Assembly (NCBI GenBank): GCA_043228905.1
Contig: JBHGNT010000015.1
Span: forward strand, 12,214,001-12,278,000
Direction of reading: 5' to 3'
DNA from: Azolla caroliniana
Lineage: Eukaryota; Plantae; Polypodiophyta
DNA: 64,000 nt
Of this stretch, positions 51,430-62,167 are shown one piece after another (position 1 is the stretch's first letter; each line of letters starts with the position of its first letter). The position numbers and the translations under genes were made by a program. The notes under the pieces are model-generated. The model was not told the origin of the DNA. It ran no database searches and saw nothing but the letters and a program-made list of their open reading frames with translations.

Positions 51430-52620
51430 CTTCTCCCTAGGTCTCACGTTGCCACGTTGGCCGAACTGCCGGGGTCTCTGGATCGGTGTGAGGGTCCCAT
51501 AGGACCGGTCTTCATTTCGTTGCTTACCGAAATTTGGGTGTCTTTTGTTTGAGTCCCTCTTGGACTCTCCTCGTGTCTTCCGCATAGTCGGGTCCCGTTT
51601 CCCGCCGCCACCAGCCTTCTCCCTAGGTCTCACGTCGCCACGCTGGCCGAACAGCTGGGGTCGCCGGTCTGGTGTGGGGATCTCGTAGGACCGGACTTCC
51701 TTATGCCCGTGACCTTGCCGGTAGGTCTTTCAATTCGTAGCCGCTTCGCCGGCCTGATACCCTCTTTCTCCGCTTTCCGTCGTCCGATCACGTTCACCTG
51801 CCGCCACCGATCTCTCCTATAGGACTCATGCCGGCTCTCGGGCCGACCACCGGATCGGTGTGAGGATCTTTGTGGGACCTCGGTTTGCCCGCCTTGCCGC
51901 CGCCACTGTTCTTCACTCTAGGTCTCACGTCGGCTCTCGGGCCGACCGCCGGAGTCTCTAGAACCAGTGTGTGTAAGGTCGCCGCAGCACCACTCGCCGT
52001 CTGGTCACATTCACCTGCCGCCACCGACCTCTCCTATAGGACTCACGCCTGCACTCGGGCCGACAACCGGATCGGTGTGAGGATCTCCGTAGACCGCCCT
52101 CGTCCGTAGTTCTTCGCCTTCGTCCCCTCGCCGCCACCCTCAGTATCTTGGTCTTACGTCGACCGCGTCGCTGACTGCCGAAGTCTCTAGAACCGGTGTG
52201 AAGGATCATCCCCTGGCCTCCTATTTCTCTTCCTGACCCTGTCCCCGGTCGTTCTTTTCCGCATGCCGAGAGGGCGGTTTGCTCCGCACCCTCTCCTGTG
52301 GTACCGATGTACCGTGTCCTCGGCCTCTTCGTCCCTCCTGGAATGGTTATCCGGGAGTTCGCTCCACCCGGTTCTCATCCGGGTCCGTTGGTCATTCTCC
52401 GGATTGTTGGGTCCCGTTCTCCTGTCGCCACCGTCCTCTTCTATAGGACTCACGCTGACACTTGGGCCAATAGCCGGATCGGTGTGAAGATCTCCGTAGG
52501 ACCGGTCTTCGTTCTCCCCTTCATCCCTTGTACTTCTCTAGAACTCGTCGTTGCTCTCCTTCTCGCGTACCCGCCTCCATCTCCCATCTCTCTAGGTCTC
52601 ACATCGGCGCTCGTTGCCGG
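51430..52620 (-). repeat. Degenerate GC-rich modular repeats inside G5
   Basis: CTATAGGACTCA..CCGGATCGGTGTGA.GATCT at about 51815, 52033 and 52441. CTAGGTCTCAC at about 51437, 51623, 51918 and 52592. Confidence 0.7.
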
Positions 52621-53164
52621 CTGCCTGAGTCTCCAGATAAGACGTGGTGTTTCCGTCCTGTAATGATTTGCGGACGCTCGTTCGGGGTACCGCTCCCAAG
52701 CACGTTCGGTGAGAAGCATCTGGTCTGTGATCAACCAAGCCCCGCCTGGGCTTGATTCTCCAATGTCCAGAGTTTCGGCTCCGATGCCGACCTTGCCAGA
52801 CTCGTTATGAACCTTTGATCACTTCCCTTTCCAATTCCCGACCTTCGCTCGGTCGGTCTTTCTCCCCATGTAAAAGAGGGCGGCTCGTCCCGCACCCTCT
52901 CTCGTATCGGCACCTTCATGCCGTATCCGGTCCCGATCGAACAATCCACGACCGGATTACGCTCCACCCGTATCGGAGCGTCGCGTGGTTCGGTCCCCGG
53001 CCGGGTCGTTCCTTGGTCTCTTTGTCGACCTTTTCGCGGGCCATCTCCCATCCATCTTCGCTGGCATCGTGCCAGGACTCCCCGATACCGTCATCCTTCT
53101 CCTCGGTCTCATATGGGCATAAGGGCCTGAATGCCGAGTTCTCCGGAATCGGGTCCGAGGGCTT

Positions 53165-54373
53165 TCATCCGCTCCTTCCTCGTATCGTCTCGCCGGTGAT
53201 TCTCAGTCTCTCGCCGCCGCCTTCCTCCTCTTGGGACTCACGTGGGTACTCGGGCCCGACTGCCATCGTCTTGGGAGCAAGTGTGGGAAGACACGAGGAA
53301 TCGCCCGTCCATTTTACGCCCCTGTCCGTAGCCACCGGCTCTTTGTGGTCGGCGGTCGTCTCCTTACCGATCGCGCAAGCCCCGCCTGGGCTTGCTTCTC
53401 CACTGACCGAGGTTTCGGGCTGACACGCCCGACACCGCTGGTCCCAACGTTCCGATTCCGTGATCGGTATCTCGGCCTCTTCCTTGGCCGTTCTATCTCC
53501 GCAAGTCGAGAGGGCGTTTTGTTCCGCACCCTCTCCCATGGTACCGTGGTACCGTTCTTCCATCATCGCGCGGGGCAAGTCCGTCTCCTCGGCGTCGACT
53601 AGTGGCCTCGGTCTTTCCTCTTCCTCGAGCATCGCCTTGAGAGCCGCGTACGCTTTCGCAATCCTCGCCCCGAAGCCGAGCCTTGCAGACTCTCTTTGCC
53701 GTTCGGCCTCTTCTCGCTGTGATGGCACGCCGTCGCGCGCGTTCCTCTTAGCCTTCTCGGCTTGCTCGTCATCTAGCCGTTGGCACACCCTTCTGACCTT
53801 CGACCAGTCCTCTGTAATCCCATTCGCTCCGTCATCGTCTTCGAGCTCAATCCCGATGGCCTCTCGTTCCGCTTGGTCGATTGACTTCACGAACAACAGG
53901 ACTTTGTCCAGCCCCACCAAACCTTGTTCCCGCTCCGGGAACCGAGCAAGCCGTCGCTTGAACTCTTGGAACGCCTTCGTTGCACCCCAGTGGGTCTTTG
54001 CCGATGCTACCCACTGGTCGAAGTCGTGCCGTCCCTAGCTCTTCCGCCGTCCTCCATATGCCTGCAGGAGCGCCTCTTCAAAGGCCTCCCACGAACTATG
54101 AGCTTGTCGGAGCTCCTTCACTCTCGCGTGCATACGGACGACGACAGCCCGATAGAAGAACTCCAGCCTCAATGCTTCGTCCACGTCTCTCTCCTCCATT
54201 TCCGCATTGTAGGCTTCCAAGTAGAATGGGACCTTGTCCCCGTTGAACCGGCCGACTCTTTCGACCACGCATTTGACAACTTGCTGTGCCGACTCTCGTC
54301 TCATCACCACTCGTGCCGACTCCAACACCACTTCAGCCACCATCTCCGCGAGGTCGTCGTCTTCCGACTCCAT
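53165..54373 (-). pseudogene. G5 Gag-like ORF (in-frame stop at 54035)
   Basis: VGRFNGDKV..YNAEMEER..LRLEFF, VLLFVKSID and GITEDWSKVRRVC. Closest to the G4 ORF. Confidence 0.82.
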
Positions 54374-57300
54374 TCTCCCTTGCCACCCTTCACGTCGTGT
54401 TCACCAAATATGTCGCGTTGTTATGTGCGTGCGTGTAGAAGGGCGGGACCACGGGGGTCTCGAACTAGGGAAGAAGGGAAGCCGAGAAGACGATTCCGGG
54501 CGCGTTCCGGAAGCAACCGAACGGGAGAGAGAAAGAGAGAGAGCGCGCGCTTGACCCCGACTCACACCCACACACGCACACACCACGCCGACCCAACTCA
54601 CGCCCTTATGTACAGAAACGGAGGTAAGAGAACACCAAAAACACCCGCACACTAACAAAGACACGGATATGCACAGACAAATGTAAATGTATATATAACA
54701 AGGGGAAGAATACATCCCCGGCTTCGAGCCAGACCAAGGTAGATTACAACAGTCGTCGGCTGCCAAGCCGCCGGTCGGGGAGCTCACGGGCTTGTCACGG
54801 CGAGCGGGGTCTTTCGCAGGAGACGAGCTGAAGCAAACCCTAAGCGAACGCGAAGGGGGGGGGGAGAAGAAGAAGAAGAAGAAGAAGAAAAGAAGGAGCG
54901 AATGTAACTAACTCTAAATCTAACGGTATACCCTCTAACGCAAAATGGGCAACCCTTTCACAAAGGGCGCTCCCTTCCGTTTATAGAACAAGGAGAGGGA
55001 TGCGTTACAATGTGGGATAAATCCCGACTTTCATGGGATTCTTTGTCCCGACTTGACTCCTACTATTCACACGTTTATGCTAGGGTGAGTGCACATGGTG
55101 CACACCGCCGATTCTCTCAATATTCTCCGATTCTACCTAGGGACGGTTTTCTCCACGACAACATTTTTATAAAAGAGGGGTACTTTAGAAATTTCTTACT
55201 TTATTTCATAATATATTTTATTTTCCTACTAATATTATTTTTTATTTTTTATTCTAATACCCCCCATAACATAAAGAGTTTATTTTTCTTTATTGATCTT
55301 ACTAATACTAAGAGCAATTTTATTACAACAATTCCAATCCTTTTGTTATGGTACTGGCTTCGTAAAAAAATCAACCCACATTGTTGTAGTAGATGTGTAA
55401 TGTAAAGACATTTCTTTTGCTTCTACCAATTCTCGAATAAAATGATGCCGTGCTCTTATATGCTTACTTTGATCTGTGATCTTTGGATTGATAGCTAGCT
55501 TAATGCATGATTGATTGTCGCAAAATACTTTGACTTCATTATGCTTTATGATGTCGAGCTCTTCGATGATCGTCTTTATCCACAATCCTTCTTTTGCCGT
55601 TAATGCCGCTGCAACATATTCCGCTTCGGTACTAGAAAGAGCCACCAATACTTGACTTTTGGTTCTCCATGCAATTGCTCCATCGGCGAATGTGAAAACC
55701 ATACCAGATGTTGAGTGGAGGTATCAACACCCCCCCCCAATCGGAATGCGTCCAACCAACTAATGGTGTTTGGAGCCAACCACTAAGTTGGGACGAATTC
55801 CTAGATTGGAAAGACTTGTATGTTAGACCTGTGTCTTTAATGTATTGTAGATAACAAAGAACTTGCTTTAAAGCATTCCAATGAGCTACTCCGGGATTAT
55901 GCATAAATCTAGAAAGAAAACCAGCTGAGTAAGACAAATCCGGACGTGTACAACTCACAAGGTACCTTATACTTCCAAGGATTTGTCGATAAGGAAGTGA
56001 TTTCATGAGTTGCTCTTCTTCCACTGTCTTTGGACTATCATTGGATGATAGTTTGCATGGTACGGTCATTGGTGTTGCAATAGGTTTACAATCAGACATC
56101 TCGAACTTGTGAAGAATTTCTTCGATCAACTTACGTTGCGACATGGTAAGTGTGCCTTCCGTCCTATTCCTTGTTACCTTGATACCAAGGAATACTCTAG
56201 TGGTCCAAGGTCTTTGGCGGGAAACTTCTCCTTGAGTTGATTTATAATCTTTCACATTGAAGTAGTAGAGTTAGAGGCAATTGGCAAATCATCAACATAG
56301 ACACCAATGATTACATAGTCACTTCCTTCTTTACGAATGTAAAGATTTGGCTTGGCTTGAAGACGCCAAAAATTAATAGACATTCTCTTCATCCAGCACC
56401 CTATGCAAGAATGCCGTCTTGACATCCAATTGTTCGATCTCCAAATTCATGCTCACAGCAATGCTCAGAATAGTTCAGATGGATGTCATCTTCACGACAG
56501 GTGCTTGCGAATATTTCGTTGAAGTACTGAGGGGGACTTGATCAGGTAAATAGCTATGTACATCACCTTAGCCCAGTACAATTTCAGCATTTTAGCGTGA
56601 GAGAGCATGCTCCTTACTCTCTCCATGATTGTTCGATTCATCCTCTCTACAAGCCTGCTCAACTCAAGGGTCTTTGGAACAATGTATTTGATTCGAATAC
56701 CCTGGGCCTTGCAGTATTCCTCAAAACTGCCCTTTATATTCGCCACCATTGTTAGTTCGGATAGTCTTTAGCTTCCGACCCGACTCTTGTTCGGTTCTTG
56801 CCTATAACTCCTTGAACATTGACAGTACCTTATCCTTCGACTTCAGTACAAAGGCCCATGTCTTCTGATATGGTTGTCAATAAATGTCACGAAGTACTGT
56901 CCACCTCGATGTGATGGAACATCTACATAGCACACATCTGTGTGCACTAGTTCTAGTGTAGCTTCTCTTCTTCTTGGTGGTCTTGTGTGGAATGCTGCCT
57001 TGTTCTACTTTCCGAATAAGCAATCGACACACTTCTCCAAGTGTACTCCTTTCACTTTTGGGAGAAGTTCCTGGTCGGCCAGGATGTGCATTCCTTTTTC
57101 ACTCATGTGGCCGAGCCTCTTATGTCATAACTCTCCACTCAAGTCGGCTGCCACATTCACTTCCGACTTGCACAATCGGGCATGCATCATATATAGTGTG
57201 CCCTCTTTTTGTGCTCGTGCCATTATGAGGTTTCCACCGCAAAACTTCCACTTGCCATTTCGGAAACTACCAATGTAGTCTTCATCATCCAATCTTCCAG

Positions 57301-58728
57301 TTGATATCAGATTCAATCTGATATTGGGGACATGTCGAGCTTCCCTAAATGTTAGTTGACAACTAGTTGACGTCGTCAGGCACACCTTCCAATGCCGGCT
57401 ATCTTGCACTCTCCATGATCTCCCATCTTTACATAACCATGATGAACGACTAGGTAAGTCGAAAAACACTCTCTCGATGGAGTTATGTGGAATGATGCAC
57501 CCGAGTCGATTACCCAGGTGCACTCTTCGCTTGCAAGATTTATGCTTGCCTGCTCACAAATGAACAAGATCTCTTTTGCACTCGTAGCTACGGTAGATGT
57601 GCCCTTTTTCTTCAGGAATCTTGCTGGGTTCAACATTTTTGCTGACACTCTTGTCCTTCTTGAGGTGTCGGCAGCACTTTTGAAAGTGTCCAAGCTTTCC
57701 ACAATTTTAAAGCATGTTAGCTTACTTCTGGACTTGGATTTGGCATGAGACTTTCCTCTCCTTGGTGAACTTCTTTGACGGTTTCTTCCTCTACCGGTAT
57801 GTTGAGTCAAATTTGACTACGATTTGACCAGGCCACCCTTGTCCTTCCTTCTAGTCTCCTTTTTCAAGATGCTTGTCTTTACCGCTTGTAGAGACAAGTT
57901 CTCTTTTTGGCCCGAGGTGTTGAGAGTCACCACTAGATTCTCCCAGTTGTCCGGTAGGGTACACAATAGTAGAATGGCGTGCATTGCATTTTCAAGGGGA
58001 AACATGGTTGTAGCAAGTTGATTCACATACCCCATGAATGTGCTATTGTGCTCGACTATGCTTTCCCCGTCCCTGTATTCCAGTCTTGCCATCTTTTTCA
58101 TCAAAGATGTTTTGTTGAGGGTGTTCTTCCTCTCATATAAGCTTGACAACTTCTGCCACATCTCATAGGCATTTGTGTCATTTGCCACATGTTGAAGGAC
58201 ACTTACATCGACACACTATTTGATGGTGGCCACCACATTCGTATTTAGGAGTTTCCATTCAGACTCCAATACCCTCATGGGTATTTCGACTTTGTTGATT
58301 GGTTCGTATAGGTTTTTGACTATGAGAATGTCCTCCATCTTTATCTTCCAGTCCACATAGTTCTGAGCGTTTAGAATTATCATGCTTGGGAAGCCACTCA
58401 CACCTCCTTCCATCTTTAACCTTCTGCTCTGATACTAGTTTGTAGAGTTTCACTCCCTTTAGATTATGAGAAGAACTGATTGTGTAATTGACATTATCAC
58501 GGAAAAAACAGAAAACACACCAAATACACGGAATACAAAGTTTTATGTGGAAACCCTAAACGGGGAAAACCATGGGAGAAACAAAGATCCACTATACAAG
58601 AGAATACAGAAAACGGTTACAATCTTCTCTGAAACACACAAAGGATAACCCGCTTAGGGTTCTTAGCAAGTTCGCAGAACTTTGCTATTGCTCTCTCACG
58701 CTTACACTCTCTCTCTTCTCTGTCACGT

Positions 58729-59582
58729 TGTCGTGCCTTTCGGCTCCGGATCGTTGCGTGAGTCGGGTGGGAACCGCTGGGGTTTTGGACTAGGAGGAAA
58801 GAAAATTCTAAGGCAATTAAGAATATGAAATATATTATAAGAAAGAAAGATATGAAAAACTCGTGAATCCCACGAGTATAGTGTATTAGTGAGTACTCAA
58901 ATTAAGAGAGAAAAATAGTTAGCAAACTCGTGGATCCCATGATTATATTATATTAATCATCCCTTGTAAAAATAATCAACAACCTCTATACATCTTTCTC
59001 TCTTCCTTATATAGTCTTGGAAGAGTCTAAGTTTATCCCATGCAAGCATCATGCTTTTCCTATCTTTAGTTTTCATGCACACTGCATGTGCATGATTAGC
59101 TTTCTATCTCATCTTTTCTTTTAACTCGAGTGTCTATGCATGAATAACTTTTTGTACCATGCATGTCTAGAATATTTACATGGGATAAAGTTTAGTATAA
59201 CTTTAAAATTCATAATACGCTAGTATAATGGTAAGGCTTAAAAATCGTTAACATGGAGGTACAGGGTTCGAATCCTGCTCTATGCATGTAACAATCTTTT
59301 TTTCTATTTACAAATTTGTCTCTTCATCCGGTTCTCACTGGTTCCTCCTTACCAATTCCATCCTTCATCCGGTTCCTCCTTACCAATTCCATCCTTCATC
59401 CGGTTCTCACCAGGTCTTCCTTACCGGTTCCTCCTTCCGGTTCTCACCGGGTCTTCCTTACCGGTTCCTCCTTCCGGTTCTCACCGGTGTCATGCCTTTC
59501 GGCTCCGGATCGTTGTGTGAATCGGGTGGGAACCACCGAGGCTTTGGTATTTTTCATGTAGTGTATGATTCACACTACGACA
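58729..59582 (-). mobile_element. 854-bp solo LTR of the Trp-primed Gypsy group, TSD ACGT
   Basis: TGTCGTG...TACGACA flanked by ACGT (58725-58728, 59583-59586). The U5-like GGGAACCGCTGGGGTTTTGGAC motif sets the orientation. Short tandem repeats at 59320-59487. Confidence 0.85.
59221..59303 (+). promoter_or_regulatory. tRNA-like Pol III cassette within the solo LTR
   Basis: A box TAGTATAATGG 59221-59231, consensus B box GGTTCGAATCC 59265-59275 within a CAGG/CCTG stem, T7 run at 59297-59303. Confidence 0.68.
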
Positions 59583-60468
59583 ACGTAGTGCAATAGAGGC
59601 TAACAACTATTCTGTTCTACTCTATGATTACCCTATGTGTATTTATACTTGTACACTGTATGGGCTATTTACAAATGTATCCACTGCTACTGCCATTCCT
59701 ATTATAACAATAATAGTTATTCAGCCGAGGGAATTCGACTAATCGACTCTAGTGTCGACTATCCAGTCGGCCTTATCTTTGACCATCTGATCGGCCTGAC
59801 TAGTTGGTCATCGTCTTCGACTTGGACTCTCCTACTGTCGACTCTCCATGTCTTCGACTGTCGGCATTGGGCATGACCAATCAGCTGCACCCATAGGAGG
59901 GACATATTCCTAACACAAGGTTGTTGGCATTGCTCACACTCACACTCTCTCACACACTCTCTCCAACACACTATGCACACAATTCTCTTCGCTACACATT
60001 GGCTTCACACAAGTTTTTCCCTAAAGTTTCATATTTATGGGAGGGAGAAAGTTATCACTATTATTATTACTATTACTACTACTACTACTACTACTAATAA
60101 TCGTTAATCAATTGACGAATCGACTAGTCGATTCAACTAGCCGACCGCTTTGTCAACTATCAAGTCGACCTTGTCTTTGACTTGGATCATCTATTTCCCT
60201 ATGTTATCGGCTCTCCACATGGACTCTTTCTTGTCTTCGATTTTCGGCTCCTCCTTGGCCCGACTAGTCGGTTATTCCTTGTCTTCGATTGTCGGCTCTT
60301 CCTTGGCCCGACCAGTCAGCTCCTCCCATAGGAAAGACATAGCTCTAATAGTATGTGATGCATGCTAAGTTGTGCAAGTACGAAGCAAATGTGGCAGATG
60401 ACTCGAGTGGTGGGATATGGCACAAGAGGCTAGGACACATGAGCGAGAAAGGCATGCATATCCTAGCC

Positions 60469-62167
60469 TGTTACGAAGGTGCTCCGACTCTTCTTTATTG
60501 ACAACAGATCGTGATGTGCTGGATTGTTTAGTGCTCAAGATAGAAAGGGAAGGGAAGGGGAAGGAGACTTACCTCTGTGTAGCAAACCAAAAAGCTTCTT
60601 CTATTTCATTACATGCAGAGCTCAACTCACTCTCGTCAGTTTTCTGTTTTTCTACTTCTTTCACTCTTACAACTTACTACTCTTACTTTTTACCTAAGTT
60701 ATAAGTGACTTATATATGCAACTAATTAGCTGTGACTAGCTAAATAGTGGTGCATAGCTAAATAGCTGTTTCACCTTTATGTCCACTAGTAGCTAATTTC
60801 CTAATAGCTACTATAGAAGATCTCACTTACCAATATGCATCACATACCTTTGTTGAGCTTGTTTCTCAACACTCCCCCTCAAGCTCAACTTATCCTTTCT
60901 TGAGGTCATCTTCAATCCTCTTTTCTTCATGCTTTTCAGGTATCATACCAATGCTTATAACTCCCATCATGTCTCTAAACTGTGTATGTTTTTCCATGCT
61001 CAATCCCTTCGTAAGAATATCAACCACTTGCTGATTTGTACTTACATACAATAGATCCACTTCTCCATCAATCACTTTTTCTCTAACAAAGTGATAATGC
61101 ACTTCAATGTGCTTCGTTCTTGCATGGAACACTGGGTTTTTTGCAAGCTGAATGTTGCTCATATTGTCACACCAAATTGTGACTACACCATCTATATATT
61201 CTCCCAAATCAGCAAGCAATCTTTTGATCCATACCTCTTCACAAGTGGCTATTGCAGCTCCTCTATATTTAGCTTCAATACTTGATAATACAACAATAGC
61301 TTGTTTCTTGCTACTCCATGAAATAGTTGCACTTCCCAATTGAAAGAGTGAAGATAGAAAGAAAAGATAAAGAAGATATATATATCTAAAACTACAAAGA
61401 TCTATTGATCATGAAAGAAGGAAGATAGAAAGAAGATACAACTACAAGTATCTATTGATAAGAACAACACTACATGAATTGTAAAGAAATCACCACAAGA
61501 AACAGACCCCTCCCACCACCTTACTCTTCTTGCTTTATATGAAGTTCTCCTCTACTAGATAAGTTTCCCTTGCTTTCTTTTCCACGCTTTTTTTAGAGCT
61601 TTTCCATCTCCTATTCTTAGCTATGACACAACGATCTTCTAATTGTTATATCTCCCTCATCGGAGCTCAAAATTTAGAGATTTAAAAAGATATCGATAGC
61701 TCTCTTTACAAGCTTTCCAACCAATATTTGAACATAATATTTGGCTTCTAAATGAATGAGTTCTGAGCGTTCGTTTCAAACTGTATTTTGGTGGCTCACT
61801 TTTTTCTTCTTTTACTTTTCTCCACGTGTCTTTCTTTTTGTTTGACCTATCCTCAAGACCTTGGTTCGTGTTCTTGACCTTTGGATGTGAATGCTCCATA
61901 CCTTATATTCTTGTAGTGTTCAATACTTTGAATTCTAAAAACACTTTCACACCAATGTAAACATATATCCAATTGTGGATCTTCTATCAGTTTGGCTTCT
62001 AGCCCAATCAACATCTGTATATCCTTCCAGCTTTATGTCCAGATCAGCCCTGTAAAACAGTCCATAGTTCTGAGAAGCTTTTACATACCTCAAGATTCTT
62101 CTAATGCAGTCCAAGTGTGGCTTTGTTGGTTGTTGCATAAACTGGCTGACGAATCCAACAACATAAC
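60469..62167 (-). mobile_element. Copia RT/RNase H remnant with 3' LTR (60469-60871)
   Basis: VSQFMQQP, GYTDVDWA..DRRST, GSATISWSSKKQ, WCDNMS, NPVFHARTKHIE. PPT GAGGGGGAG. Confidence 0.87.
61341..61951. mobile_element. 611-bp solo LTR with 5-bp TSD CCAAT
   Basis: TG...CA ends and TSD at 61336-61340 and 61952-61956. Removal restores the Copia motif FTLGSATISW. Confidence 0.82.

Larger units (their letters stand above)
46920..55160 (-). mobile_element. Non-autonomous Gag-only LTR element G5 (5' LTR 54411-55160; 3' LTR 46920-50639 split by a LINE), TSD ACGT/ACAT
   Basis: 750-bp LTR pair, PBS-Trp 54389-54406, conserved pre-PPT motif 50640-50682, gag-like ORF, no pol motifs. Confidence 0.93.
46777..56340 (-). 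mobile_element. Copia RT-RNase H remnant (55405-56340) whose short 3' LTR (46777-46919 + 55165-55259) is split by G5
   Basis: FLGIKV, PYRQILGSIRYLVSCTRPDL, VALSSTEAEY, FCDNQS, SKHIRARHHFIRE. PPT-like G-run at 55260-55265. Confidence 0.78.
56350..59915 (-). mobile_element. Degenerate Copia element (5' LTR 58441-59915, PBS-iMet, gag-PR-IN-RT with deletions)
   Basis: gag MEGGVSGFPS.., LLLCTLPDNWE, protease WVIDSGASFH, RLGHMSEKG, VERMNRTIMERVRSML. PBS TAGTATCAGAGC near 58426-58437. Confidence 0.88.

Noticed and set aside
59210-59290. Possible genuine tRNA genes here and at 42670-42740 and 27495-27560
   Set aside because: A/B boxes are present but I could not build an acceptor stem or a 7-nt anticodon loop. 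All lie inside LTRs, so they are treated as tRNA-derived cassettes.
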